Assembly (NCBI GenBank): GCA_963578475.1
Contig: CAUZCL010000018.1
Coordinates: 4,579 to 68,578, forward strand
Source: Acidobacteria bacterium bin61
GTDB taxonomy: Bacteria > Acidobacteriota > Vicinamibacteria > Marinacidobacterales > SMYC01
Direction: 5' to 3'
DNA length: 64,000 nt
Part shown: positions 41,552 to 49,657 of the stretch, in pieces
How positions within the stretch are numbered: position 1 is the stretch's first letter
How the letters are laid out: every line of letters begins with the position of its first letter
The notes under the pieces: generated by a model
What the model was told of the DNA's origin: nothing
What the model saw: only the letters and a program-made list of their open reading frames with translations
Databases searched by the model: none
Made by a program: the position numbers and the translations under genes

Positions 41552-43033
41552 TTAGTTCAAATGCGACTTGGTGTGACCGAGCGGCTCCTCATAGCCGATC
41601 TCCGGCTGCCGCTCCTCGTTGCGATGGTAGCCGCGCTCGTCGTTTCTCGAAATCTTCTTTACACCGGCCAGCCCTTCTAGAAGAAACTCGGCGGCGGAAA
41701 CACGCTCGGGCGTCGAGGATTGCTCGGTCACCGAAACAACAGATGTGCGGGCGAGAAGCCCTGGGATCTCTGCGAGCGCTTGCAAAACTTCTTCCGAAGA
41801 CGCGGTCTCCGGCACGCGGCAATAGCCGCCGCCGTCGAACCATTCGATGACGCTCTCAAAATCCTCGCTCGAGGCGTATTTCTGAAAGGCTGCGCCGACG
41901 GCGCGCTTGATGAGGTCTCGGGCGACGACATCCGCGCCTTTGAGCTCCCCTTCATATTCGAGCTCGAGCTTTCCCGTGATCGCGGGAAGCGACGCATAGA
42001 CGTCCGAAACGCGGAGCGCCGTGGCCGCCTCGCCACGCTCGAGCGCGCGCCGCTCGGCGTTCGAGATGGCGCTCTCGAGCAGCGAGATGGGGAGCCTTTG
42101 GCTGACCCCCGACCGCTTGTCGACGCGCCGATCCGAACGCGCTTGGATGGCCACTTCCTCGACGATTTCCCGAACGTAGTGCGGAATGTGAAGTTCGTCG
42201 CGTCCCGCGCGATCCGTCCAAGCCTCGTCCTTCGTAATCGCGATTGACTCTTCGAGCGTCGCGGGGTAGTGGGTACGGATCTCCGATCCGATGCGGTCTT
42301 TGAGAGGCGTAATGATCCGCCCCCGCGCCGTATAGTCTTCAGGATTCGCGGTAAAGACCATCAAGATGTCGAGCGGCAAGCGTAGCGGATAGCCTTTTAT
42401 CTGAACGTCCCCCTCTTGGAGGATATTGAACAAACCCACCTGGATCTTTCCCGCGAGGTCGGGGAGCTCGTTGATCGCAAAAATGCCGCGATGCGCGCGC
42501 GGCAAGAGGCCGTAATGGATGGTGAGCTCGTCGGAAAGATCGAGCCCGCTTCTGGCGGCGCGGATGGGATCGAGGTCGCCGATCATGTCGGCGACGGTCA
42601 CATCTGGCGTCGCCAGTTTCTCGACGTAGCGGTCTTCTCGATGGAGCCACCGAACCGGCGTCTCGGCACCCTTTTCCGCGACGAGCTTCTTGCAGGCGCC
42701 GCAGATCGGGGCGTGCGGGTCGTCATGGATCTCGCAACCGTCAATGACCGGGATCTCCTCGTCGAGGAATCGGGTCAAGCCGCGGAGCATCCTTGTCTTA
42801 GCCTGGCCGCGGAGCCCCAGGAGAATGAAATGGTGCCGCGACAGCAGCGCGTTCACGACCTGGGGAATAACGGTATCGCCGTAGCCGACGATTCCTGGAA
42901 AAAGCTCCTCTCCCGAGCTCATCTTCAGCATCAAGTTGTCGCGGATCTCGTCGCAAACGGCGCGCGGTTGATGATTCTGCAGTTCACCGAGGGTCTGGGC
43001 TTTGCTCATGATCGGATTATAGCCTGATGCCAT
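41552..43033 (-). CDS. ChlI/BchI-like (COG1239) AAA+ ATPase
   Basis: Walker A region [17 protein letters not shown], Walker [11 protein letters not shown], and the sensor/arginine-finger region. The start is chosen at MASGYNPIM (43033). The ORF in the track begins at a TTG 14 codons upstream. Confidence 0.65.
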   Translation of the reverse strand: MASGYNPIMSKAQTLGELQNHQPRAVCDEIRDNLMLKMSSGEELFPGIVGYGDTVIPQVVNALLSRHHFILLGLRGQAKTRMLRGLTRFLDEEIPVIDGCEIHDDPHAPICGACKKLVAEKGAETPVRWLHREDRYVEKLATPDVTVADMIGDLDPIRAARSGLDLSDELTIHYGLLPRAHRGIFAINELPDLAGKIQVGLFNILQEGDVQIKGYPLRLPLDILMVFTANPEDYTARGRIITPLKDRIGSEIRTHYPATLEESIAITKDEAWTDRAGRDELHIPHYVREIVEEVAIQARSDRRVDKRSGVSQRLPISLLESAISNAERRALERGEAATALRVSDVYASLPAITGKLELEYEGELKGADVVARDLIKRAVGAAFQKYASSEDFESVIEWFDGGGYCRVPETASSEEVLQALAEIPGLLARTSVVSVTEQSSTPERVSAAEFLLEGLAGVKKISRNDERGYHRNEERQPEIGYEEPLGHTKSHLN

Positions 43034-43051
43034 CTGGGAGACGCTAGTGAA

Positions 43052-43200
43052 CTGTAACAGATACTCGTTGCGCAAATCGCGAGGTCATTTTGTGGGCTGG
43101 CGAGGCGCGAGGACGACGTTATATCTGGATATTACGAGGAATCGCAACAAAGCCAGCGCGCAAAAGGACCCGCGATTTTGGCAGCGAGTATCTGTTACAG
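43052..43200. promoter_or_regulatory. A pair of ~30-bp inverted repeats (43052-43081 and 43171-43200) in the divergent intergenic region between the AAA+ ATPase gene and the BON gene
   Basis: Left arm ctgtaacagatactcgttgcgcaaatcgcg. Right arm cgcgattttggcagcgagtatctgttacag. The two are imperfect reverse complements, 27 of 30 bp. The left arm lies in the 5' UTR of the AAA+ gene. Confidence 0.5.
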
Positions 43201-43249
43201 TCTACTAGTGGTGGTACGCGGGTGCTGGTTGAGTTAAGCTTCTCTCGAA

Positions 43250-43843
43250 ATGTTCTGGTTCGTTTTCCGCATGGTTTTTAGAGCTATCACACTCGTGATA
43301 CTCACGGGCACGGCTCTCGTTTTGTACTACCTCTACGAGTCCGGACAGTTTCCTGTCCTCCAGCACGTCATCGAGGATACTGCCGTGACCGCCTCGGTCC
43401 GCGCGGGGTTCGCCATCCATCGGGATCTCGCCGATCGGCCCATACACGTATCAACCGCCGACAGCGTCGTCACCCTTTCGGGGCGCGTCGCGTCCCAAGA
43501 AGAGAAGGACGAAGCCGAGGCGATAGCAGCGACGATCGAAGGGGTCGACGAGATCGCGAATCATCTCGAGATCGAGCCCGGGCTCGAAGACACCGACGGC
43601 GAAACGAACGACAAAAGCTTCGGTGAGCGGCTCGAGGACGCTGCACTTCTGGCGAAAATACGCACCGCCCTGCATCTCGACAGAGAAGTACGCAAGCTGG
43701 ATGTCGACATACGCGTCTCGTCGGGCCAGGTCATCCTGAGAGGTGAGATCCCGTCCGAGGCGCTGATGGACCGCATACGGACGCGGGTGGCAAGCGTCCG
43801 CGGCGTCGAGCGTCTCGAAGACAAGCTCGAGCTAAAAGAGTAG
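43250..43843 (+). CDS. OsmY-like protein with two BON domains and an N-terminal transmembrane segment
   Basis: Two BON units (ADSVVTLSGRVASQEEKDEAEAIA..., SSGQVILRGEIPSEALMDRIRTRVASVRGVERL). Confidence 0.6.
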   Translation: MFWFVFRMVFRAITLVILTGTALVLYYLYESGQFPVLQHVIEDTAVTASVRAGFAIHRDLADRPIHVSTADSVVTLSGRVASQEEKDEAEAIAATIEGVDEIANHLEIEPGLEDTDGETNDKSFGERLEDAALLAKIRTALHLDREVRKLDVDIRVSSGQVILRGEIPSEALMDRIRTRVASVRGVERLEDKLELKE

Positions 43844-43877
43844 CGACAGGCTCCCCGCCGAAGCCCGAAGGGCGAGG

Positions 43878-44138
43878 CTAGTCTTTTTTGAGGCTGGCTA
43901 CAAGGTCGTCCCGGTCGAACGGTTTTTCCAAGTAGCCGTGGAGAGCGAGCCCCGTTCCGCCCGGAAGGTCGAGGTCGGGAACTAGGGTATCGAAGAGCTC
44001 GCCACGGATGAGCTGAAGCGCCCGCTGAAACTCCACGACCGCCACGACATCAAACCCAGCTTGCTCGAGGAAAATTGTCAGTGTTCGGCGCATGGATGCG
44101 TTGTCTTCGACGATGAGAACACGTTGTGGGTCGATCAT
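43878..44138 (-). CDS. Single-domain response-regulator receiver (CheY-like)
   Basis: RVLIVEDNASMRRTL...DLVVPDLDLPGG. The phospho-acceptor Asp and its neighbouring residues are present. Confidence 0.6.
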   Translation of the reverse strand: MIDPQRVLIVEDNASMRRTLTIFLEQAGFDVVAVVEFQRALQLIRGELFDTLVPDLDLPGGTGLALHGYLEKPFDRDDLVASLKKD

Positions 44139-44341
44139 TTAACTTCGTTAACAAGCAAGAGACGTACCAAATTGGGGCGAGGGTGTAAGCCGCAGCACAC
44201 AAACAACTTGAAGAAACTGGCTTCCGGAACCGATTCAATGCTGTCACTAGCGTGCCACAGGCGAGCCACTTTTTGCCACCCGCCTTCGCCCTTCGGGCTA
44301 TGGCGGGCAGGCCCGCCTTACTCTGGGGTTGGGGGGGGTTG

Positions 44342-44902
44342 TTAGGGGCGGGTGGAGCGCTCGACGTCCACAGCGAGGATGAGGCCCTTGTCGATTAGGA
44401 AAAGGGCGCGCCGCTCATCACCATCATTGAGGGCCCGCCGCGCCTGAGCCACGAAGCCACGGGCGGACGCGAATTGCTGCCGCTGGCTGTCGGAAAGCTT
44501 GCGCGTGCTCAGCGTGCCCATGAGTGAGCCCGCGCGCTCGAGCTTCGTCCAGAGCTCCGGGTCGACACGCTTGCTCCCCGCGCGCCCCCGCGAAGGGGTC
44601 TGAGGCGCTTTGTCGGGAGGTTTGGGCGGTGGCGGAGCCGGAGGCGCTTGTATGGACCCCCCATCAGGGCGGGGCGCGGGCTCTTCGACGGCCGGCTCGG
44701 GCTCCACCTCCACGACAGGTTCTTCAGCAGGCCGTGTCTCTTCGGGCGCTTCAGGCTCCGGATGGTCCTCGCCCGCTGGCGTCGATGCTGCCGCTGGCGC
44801 GCGCGGGAAATCCGCACGTCGGGCGCGCCAACATCCGGCCAAGACGCTGAGCCCGATCAAAAGCAGGACGCTTAGCAGAAGACCCCTCATGCGATGTGGC
44901 AC
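44342..44902 (-). CDS. Proline-rich putative lipoprotein
   Basis: A signal peptide with a lipobox-like LAGC, a Pro/Glu/Ala-rich spacer and a C-terminal helical domain. Confidence 0.4.
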   Translation of the reverse strand: MPHRMRGLLLSVLLLIGLSVLAGCWRARRADFPRAPAAASTPAGEDHPEPEAPEETRPAEEPVVEVEPEPAVEEPAPRPDGGSIQAPPAPPPPKPPDKAPQTPSRGRAGSKRVDPELWTKLERAGSLMGTLSTRKLSDSQRQQFASARGFVAQARRALNDGDERRALFLIDKGLILAVDVERSTRP

Positions 44903-44912
44903 CCGACTTCCG

Positions 44913-46715
44913 TCACGCGCGCATCTCGGGAAGGTGGATTGTGAACCGCGTGCCGTTACCCTTCTCTGATTCTACCGTGATTTCGCCGCCGTGGAGTTGG
45001 ACGATCCGATAGACCATCGAGAGCCCGATACCGCTGCCTTTTTTTTTCGTCGTCACATAAAGGTCGAAGATCTTCTCGAGCATTTCCGGCTCGATGCCCA
45101 CCCCGCTATCCGCGACGACGATCTCGACCCCGTCTTCCGTGCGCGACGCCTCGACGCGGAGCCGCCCCCCTCGAGGCATGGCTTCCTCGGCGTTCTGTAC
45201 GAGGTTCAAAAAGACCTGCTGCAGGAGCTCTCGGTCGCCATGAACAGGGGGAAGCTCCTCTGCTACCGCGGTCTCGATCTCGATACCGCTCGCTTTGGCC
45301 TCCGCCGAGACCAGCCTTTCGACCTCGTCCAACAGCTCCCGCAACGGCACCGAGGTCAATTGCAGATCCTCGGGACGCGTGAAGCGCAAGAATCCTTGGA
45401 TGACTCGATCGAGCCGGCGAATCTCCTTCTCGAGCGTATCGAGCGAGGATTGTGTTTCCGGAGAGGCCCACCTTAGCCTCTCCCTCAAGAGCGCGACATG
45501 GATCACCATGGCATTGAGCGGGTTCTTGATCTCGTGCGCGACGCCCGAGGTCAGCTTTCCGAGCGCGGCGAGCTTTTGCGCGTAGGAGAGCTGAGAGCCG
45601 AGACGCAAGAGCTTCTCCTTGTCGCGCGCACTCACCATCACGCCGGAGACCCCGCTCTCGTCGCGCAGGACCTGCGCGCTCAGCGCATAGACGACCGGCC
45701 GCTTTCCGTTCGCGATCGTTTTGTCGACGGGCCCGACGGGCTCGTCGCGCTCGAGCGCCGTCTTGACGATCTCCGCCACCGGATGCTCTTCCGGAAAAAA
45801 CTCCGCGAAGAGTTTCCCCTGAATCTCGTCTCGCCCGAGACCGAGAAGCTCCGCGGCGCGCTCGTTCAACGACAAGACGCACCCCTCGTTACTAAAAACT
45901 AGAACGGCGTCCGAGAGCCCCCCGAGCATCGTCGACAGCCAGCTCGCATCGTTCTCGCGGACGCTCCTCTGGTCATCGAGCCTTTGGCTCATGCTTGCGA
46001 AAAATTCCGCGACGCGGCTCACATCCGCTTCGCTCTGAAGATCCAGGGGTGGTTCGCCGTCCACGGGTTGGAAGCGGCCGAGCTCGCGGCGCAGCAGCTC
46101 GATCGGAGCCCATAGCCAATTCGCAAAAAAAAGCGACACAAAAAAGGCTGCGACGACAGCGCTCGTTGCAAGCAGCACGTTCTGCGTGACCACACTCCAA
46201 ATCTCTTCCTTCAGGAACAGAGTGGAGATCGCGACGCGCACGACCCCGAAAGGCTCCCCATCGCCGTCGTCGAAGGGCATGGCTACTTCGAGAACGTTGT
46301 GGCCTTGCCTGAGCTCCCAGAGCTGCGCGAGAGGGTTCTTCGCGACGAAGCTCTCGAGCGAAGGGGCCGGCGTGAGCTTGTCTCCGAGCTCGAGGGGATT
46401 GCTGTGGACGAGCGCAAAGCCGTCGCGATCCGTCACCGCGACATACATCGTCGTCGCGGAGTAGCCGACGATGCCTTCGGCGTAATTGCTCAGGGCCGGA
46501 TCCCATGTCAAGGCAGAACGGAGCTCCGCCGAGTCGTTTTGACGAATCACCCGTGAGGCCTGATGGCGGAGTGTTTCGGCCAGAAGTCGAGCGCGGGATT
46601 CTGTCTCGCCGACCGAGAAGCGCACGAGCGCGGTCAGATTTACGAGGCTCGTGGCCAAGGCGACGGTGGCCGCTACCAGCGTCAGACCCGCGATTTGTTT
46701 TCTGCGAAATCCCAC
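44913..46715 (-). CDS. Membrane sensor histidine kinase (PAS, HisKA and HATPase_c domains)
   Basis: The HisKA H-box SGVAHEIKNPLNAM, and the N, G1 and G2 boxes (QVFLNLVQNA, DSGVGI, GSGIGL). A PAS segment and two transmembrane helices. Confidence 0.8.
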   Translation of the reverse strand: MGFRRKQIAGLTLVAATVALATSLVNLTALVRFSVGETESRARLLAETLRHQASRVIRQNDSAELRSALTWDPALSNYAEGIVGYSATTMYVAVTDRDGFALVHSNPLELGDKLTPAPSLESFVAKNPLAQLWELRQGHNVLEVAMPFDDGDGEPFGVVRVAISTLFLKEEIWSVVTQNVLLATSAVVAAFFVSLFFANWLWAPIELLRRELGRFQPVDGEPPLDLQSEADVSRVAEFFASMSQRLDDQRSVRENDASWLSTMLGGLSDAVLVFSNEGCVLSLNERAAELLGLGRDEIQGKLFAEFFPEEHPVAEIVKTALERDEPVGPVDKTIANGKRPVVYALSAQVLRDESGVSGVMVSARDKEKLLRLGSQLSYAQKLAALGKLTSGVAHEIKNPLNAMVIHVALLRERLRWASPETQSSLDTLEKEIRRLDRVIQGFLRFTRPEDLQLTSVPLRELLDEVERLVSAEAKASGIEIETAVAEELPPVHGDRELLQQVFLNLVQNAEEAMPRGGRLRVEASRTEDGVEIVVADSGVGIEPEMLEKIFDLYVTTKKKGSGIGLSMVYRIVQLHGGEITVESEKGNGTRFTIHLPEMRA

Positions 46716-46747
46716 CGGATTTGAAGCTCCCCTCTATTCGGGCCGGT

Positions 46748-48121
46748 TCAAGACGTCTTGCGATATTTCTTGAGCTTGTTGTGAAGCGTCTTGAGGCTGA
46801 TTCCCAATATCTCGGCGGCGCGCGTCTTGTTCTGCCCCGTAGACTCCAGGGTCTTCAAGATCAAATTCTTCTCCGCTTGCTCAACCGTCGTTCCGACCGG
46901 AAGCTGCTCGACGTTTTTCGACGCCAGGTCGTTTCCGGGCTCGAGGACTGACGGCGGCAAATCCTCTCGCCGGAACAGGTCACCCTTCGCCACGATAACA
47001 GCGCGCTCGACGACGTTGCGAAGCTCGCGGACGTTTCCAGGCCAAAGGTAGGCTTTCAAGGCTAGGGCGGCTTCGTCATCCATGCCTTTGAGCGCCTTTC
47101 CGTTTCGCGTATTGAACTCGTGCACGAAAGCCTCGACGAGCGTCGGAACATCCGCGATCCGGTCGCGAAGCGCTGGGAGCTCCAGCGTGAACACGTTCAC
47201 GCGGTAGTAGAGGTCCTCGCGCAAATCGCCAGCGTCGAGCGCCTCTCGCGGATCACGGTTGGTCGCAGCCAGGATACGCACATCCACGCGAATCTCCTCC
47301 TCGCCGCCCAGACGGCGGAAGCTTCGCTCCTCGAGAACGCGTAGCAGCTTCGCTTGCGTCGAGGGAGCCATCTCGGCCACTTCGTCGAGAAACAGCGTGC
47401 CGCCATGCGCCTGCTCAAACAGGCCGCGGCGCCGCCCCTCTGCTCCGGTAAAAGCCCCTTTTTCGTGTCCAAACATCTCGCTCTCGAGAAGCGTTTCAGG
47501 GATGGCAGCGCAGTTCACCGCGACAAACTGTTTCTCTTTTCTCGCTGAGAGCTCGTGAAGCGTCCTCGCGACCATTTCTTTTCCGGTACCGGACTCGCCA
47601 ACGATGAAGACCGAGGCCGCGGAAGGGGCGACTTGGCTCATGAGCTCATAGAGCTCTTTCATCCGATCGCTCGTCCCAACCATGCTCCCGAACCGGCCGA
47701 TCGTCTCGAGATTCCTCTTGTAGCGCTCGACCTCCTCGCAAGCCGCGTTGCGCTCGACGGCCCTTTCGAGCACCTCGCGAAGCTGCTGCGTGTCGACCGG
47801 TTTGGTCAGGTAGTCGAAGGCACCTATCTTCATCGCCTCGACCGCAGTCCCGATGCTGCCTTTGGCCGTTACCATCACAACGGCGAGACGATCGAGCTCG
47901 GAGACGAGTCCGGAGAGAAGACCTAGGCCGTCCATCCGGGGCATCACGAGATCAGCGATAACGACTTGAGGGCGGAAGCTCTCGGCTCGTGCAAGGCCTT
48001 CGACGCCATCGGCGGCCGTATCGGCCTCGTAGCCCCACCCGCGCACGAGCTCGGAGAGACCCTGTCGGGAGCCCGCTTCGTCGTCGACGATGAGAACGCG
48101 TGTGGTCAGCAATTTCAGCAT
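46748..48121 (-). CDS. Sigma-54-dependent response regulator (NtrC family: REC, AAA+ and Fis HTH domains)
   Basis: A REC domain (VLIVDDE...DLVMP), the sigma-54 interaction domain (GESGTGKE, the GAFTGA loop, ESELFGHEKGAFTGA) and a C-terminal HTH. The start codon lies inside the heptad repeat. Confidence 0.85.
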   Translation of the reverse strand: MLKLLTTRVLIVDDEAGSRQGLSELVRGWGYEADTAADGVEGLARAESFRPQVVIADLVMPRMDGLGLLSGLVSELDRLAVVMVTAKGSIGTAVEAMKIGAFDYLTKPVDTQQLREVLERAVERNAACEEVERYKRNLETIGRFGSMVGTSDRMKELYELMSQVAPSAASVFIVGESGTGKEMVARTLHELSARKEKQFVAVNCAAIPETLLESEMFGHEKGAFTGAEGRRRGLFEQAHGGTLFLDEVAEMAPSTQAKLLRVLEERSFRRLGGEEEIRVDVRILAATNRDPREALDAGDLREDLYYRVNVFTLELPALRDRIADVPTLVEAFVHEFNTRNGKALKGMDDEAALALKAYLWPGNVRELRNVVERAVIVAKGDLFRREDLPPSVLEPGNDLASKNVEQLPVGTTVEQAEKNLILKTLESTGQNKTRAAEILGISLKTLHNKLKKYRKTS

Positions 48122-48140
48122 TCAGCATTCAGCATTCAGG
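48116..48140. repeat. Three tandem heptads (cagcattcagcattcagcattcagg) that overlap the start codon of the sigma-54 activator gene
   Basis: On the coding strand the sequence is cctgaatgctgaatgctgaATGctgaaattg. It has three ATGs at 7-nt spacing, and the third is the annotated start. Confidence 0.7.
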
Positions 48141-48173
48141 CGCGACGACTGCGACGTCGCAGCTTGCTGGACG

Positions 48174-48893
48174 CTACTTCCTCTTCAAACGTATTTTTAG
48201 CAGTAGCTCGATTTCTTGCTCGGCAAGGCTGTCGTCGACTTCGATGGTGACCGGGACCTCGATTCGCTGATTCGCTATGGGCCCGGACACACTCGCAGGA
48301 GGTATGGTCGTAGCTTGATCACGAGGCATCGAGATCTGCGTTTTGATGAGCTCACTCAAGTTCTCGGCCGCGCTCCGTCCCTGCTCCGCATCGAACGTGC
48401 CGCCGAGGAAATCCGCTTCGAGATCGCGTACGACGTGTTCTTCGACGGACGGCTCTTTCAGAACCGTCGCCGCCACCTCGACGCCAGCGCCCTCATCGAG
48501 CAGTCCGGAGAACATCGAGTCCTCGGGCGCCTCCGGTGCGGTCGGTGCAGAATCACTCGGGGCGTCTGCTCTGGACTTGGTGTCTTTGGTTGTCGCATCG
48601 TCCAACCTCAAAGCGTCATCGAGGATACTCTCGATGTTGAGGTTTTCGAACGCGTCTAAATCTGCATGGTCATCGTCGTGTGAGGCCACGTTCTCTTTCT
48701 CCGAAACAGACGGCCAAGTGCTGGCAGCCTTGGCTGAAGCGTCCTGGCTGGACGCGACTTGGCTCACCTGAGCCCTTTCTCCAGTACTCTCCGTGACGCT
48801 GGTGGAGACCAGAGACGCAGGGTCGGTCAGCGCCGAGTTTGTAACTGTTTTTTTCGCGCTTGCCCATGGGCGACATCGCGCGGGCTCCGCCAT
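48174..48893 (-). CDS. Acidic, low-complexity hypothetical protein. It overlaps the 3' end of the mglA frame.
   Basis: A 239-aa ORF rich in Asp/Glu/Ser/Ala/Thr and predicted to be disordered, with a C-terminal amphipathic segment. Its start lies beside a T7/A7 homopolymer. The frame relationship with mglA is unresolved. Confidence 0.3.
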   Translation of the reverse strand: MAEPARCRPWASAKKTVTNSALTDPASLVSTSVTESTGERAQVSQVASSQDASAKAASTWPSVSEKENVASHDDDHADLDAFENLNIESILDDALRLDDATTKDTKSRADAPSDSAPTAPEAPEDSMFSGLLDEGAGVEVAATVLKEPSVEEHVVRDLEADFLGGTFDAEQGRSAAENLSELIKTQISMPRDQATTIPPASVSGPIANQRIEVPVTIEVDDSLAEQEIELLLKIRLKRK

Positions 48894-49545
48894 AGCGGTC
48901 GATGACCGACTTCAACACGAGGCCGCTGATCGCTTGGAGCGTCTCCTCAACGCCGATACCGTCTTTGGCGACAGCCTCGTAAAACGGCGCGTTCATCGTA
49001 TTGAGCGCGTCGTTCATCTCCTCCACCGTGCAAACGTCCTCGAGATCACGCTTGTTGAACTGCATGACCATCGGCAGCGCCTCGAGCTTCAGGTCGTGAG
49101 CCGCCAGATTCTCCCGCAGGTTGTCGAGACTCTCCCGATTGGCCTCGGGCATGCTCGGTTGCGAATCCGCGACGAAGACCACCCCATCCGCACCTTTGAG
49201 GACCATCCTCCGAGTCGCGTTGTAGAAAACCTGACCCGGCACCGTATAAAGCTGGACCCGAGTCTTGATCCCGCGGACAATCCCAGCATCAACAGGAAGA
49301 AAATCAAAATAAAGAGTACGATCCGTATCCGTCGCCAGCGTCAACATCCGCCCTGTGTTCTTAATCGGAAGATCTTCGTAGATGTACTGCAGATTGCTCG
49401 TCTTACCAGACAAACCAGGCCCGTAATAGACAATTTTAGCGGTCAACTCCTTCAGAGCGCAATTAAAAAGGACCACTGGTTTACCTTCCGGCCAGATTGC
49501 ACTGAATCTTATAGTGTACCAGCATTCAGGATCAGTGGTCAGCAT
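48670..49545 (-). CDS. mglA: MglA-like Ras-superfamily small GTPase, the mutual-gliding / cell-polarity GTPase family
   Basis: KIVYYGPGLSGKTSNLQYIY (P-loop), DRTLYFDFLP, LYTVPGQVFY, FVADSQ and QFNKRDL are collinear with Myxococcus MglA. Two extra parts are of uncertain reality: the N-terminal 30 aa, which starts in a heptad repeat, and ~70 aa after the conserved end. Confidence 0.65.
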   Translation of the reverse strand: MLTTDPECWYTIRFSAIWPEGKPVVLFNCALKELTAKIVYYGPGLSGKTSNLQYIYEDLPIKNTGRMLTLATDTDRTLYFDFLPVDAGIVRGIKTRVQLYTVPGQVFYNATRRMVLKGADGVVFVADSQPSMPEANRESLDNLRENLAAHDLKLEALPMVMQFNKRDLEDVCTVEEMNDALNTMNAPFYEAVAKDGIGVEETLQAISGLVLKSVIDRYGGARAMSPMGKREKNSYKLGADRPCVSGLHQRHGEYWRKGSGEPSRVQPGRFSQGCQHLAVCFGERERGLTRR

Positions 49546-49634
49546 TCAGCATTCAGGAACTCTCAAGACTGCCACTCTGAGATGGTCGGCAACAGTCCTG
49601 AGAGCATCCTGAATGCTGGATGCTGAATGCTGAT
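49501..49634. repeat. A composite palindromic element. Heptad-repeat arms (49521-49557) face their reverse complement (49608-49634) around a nested inner palindrome.
   Basis: agcattcagg...cagcattcagcattcagg / cctgaatgctggatgctgaatgctg. The inner pair is ctctcaagactg / cagtcctgagag. It lies between the mglA start and the helicase gene. Confidence 0.65.
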
Positions 49635-49657
49635 CTGAGATAAACTCCCAGCACACG

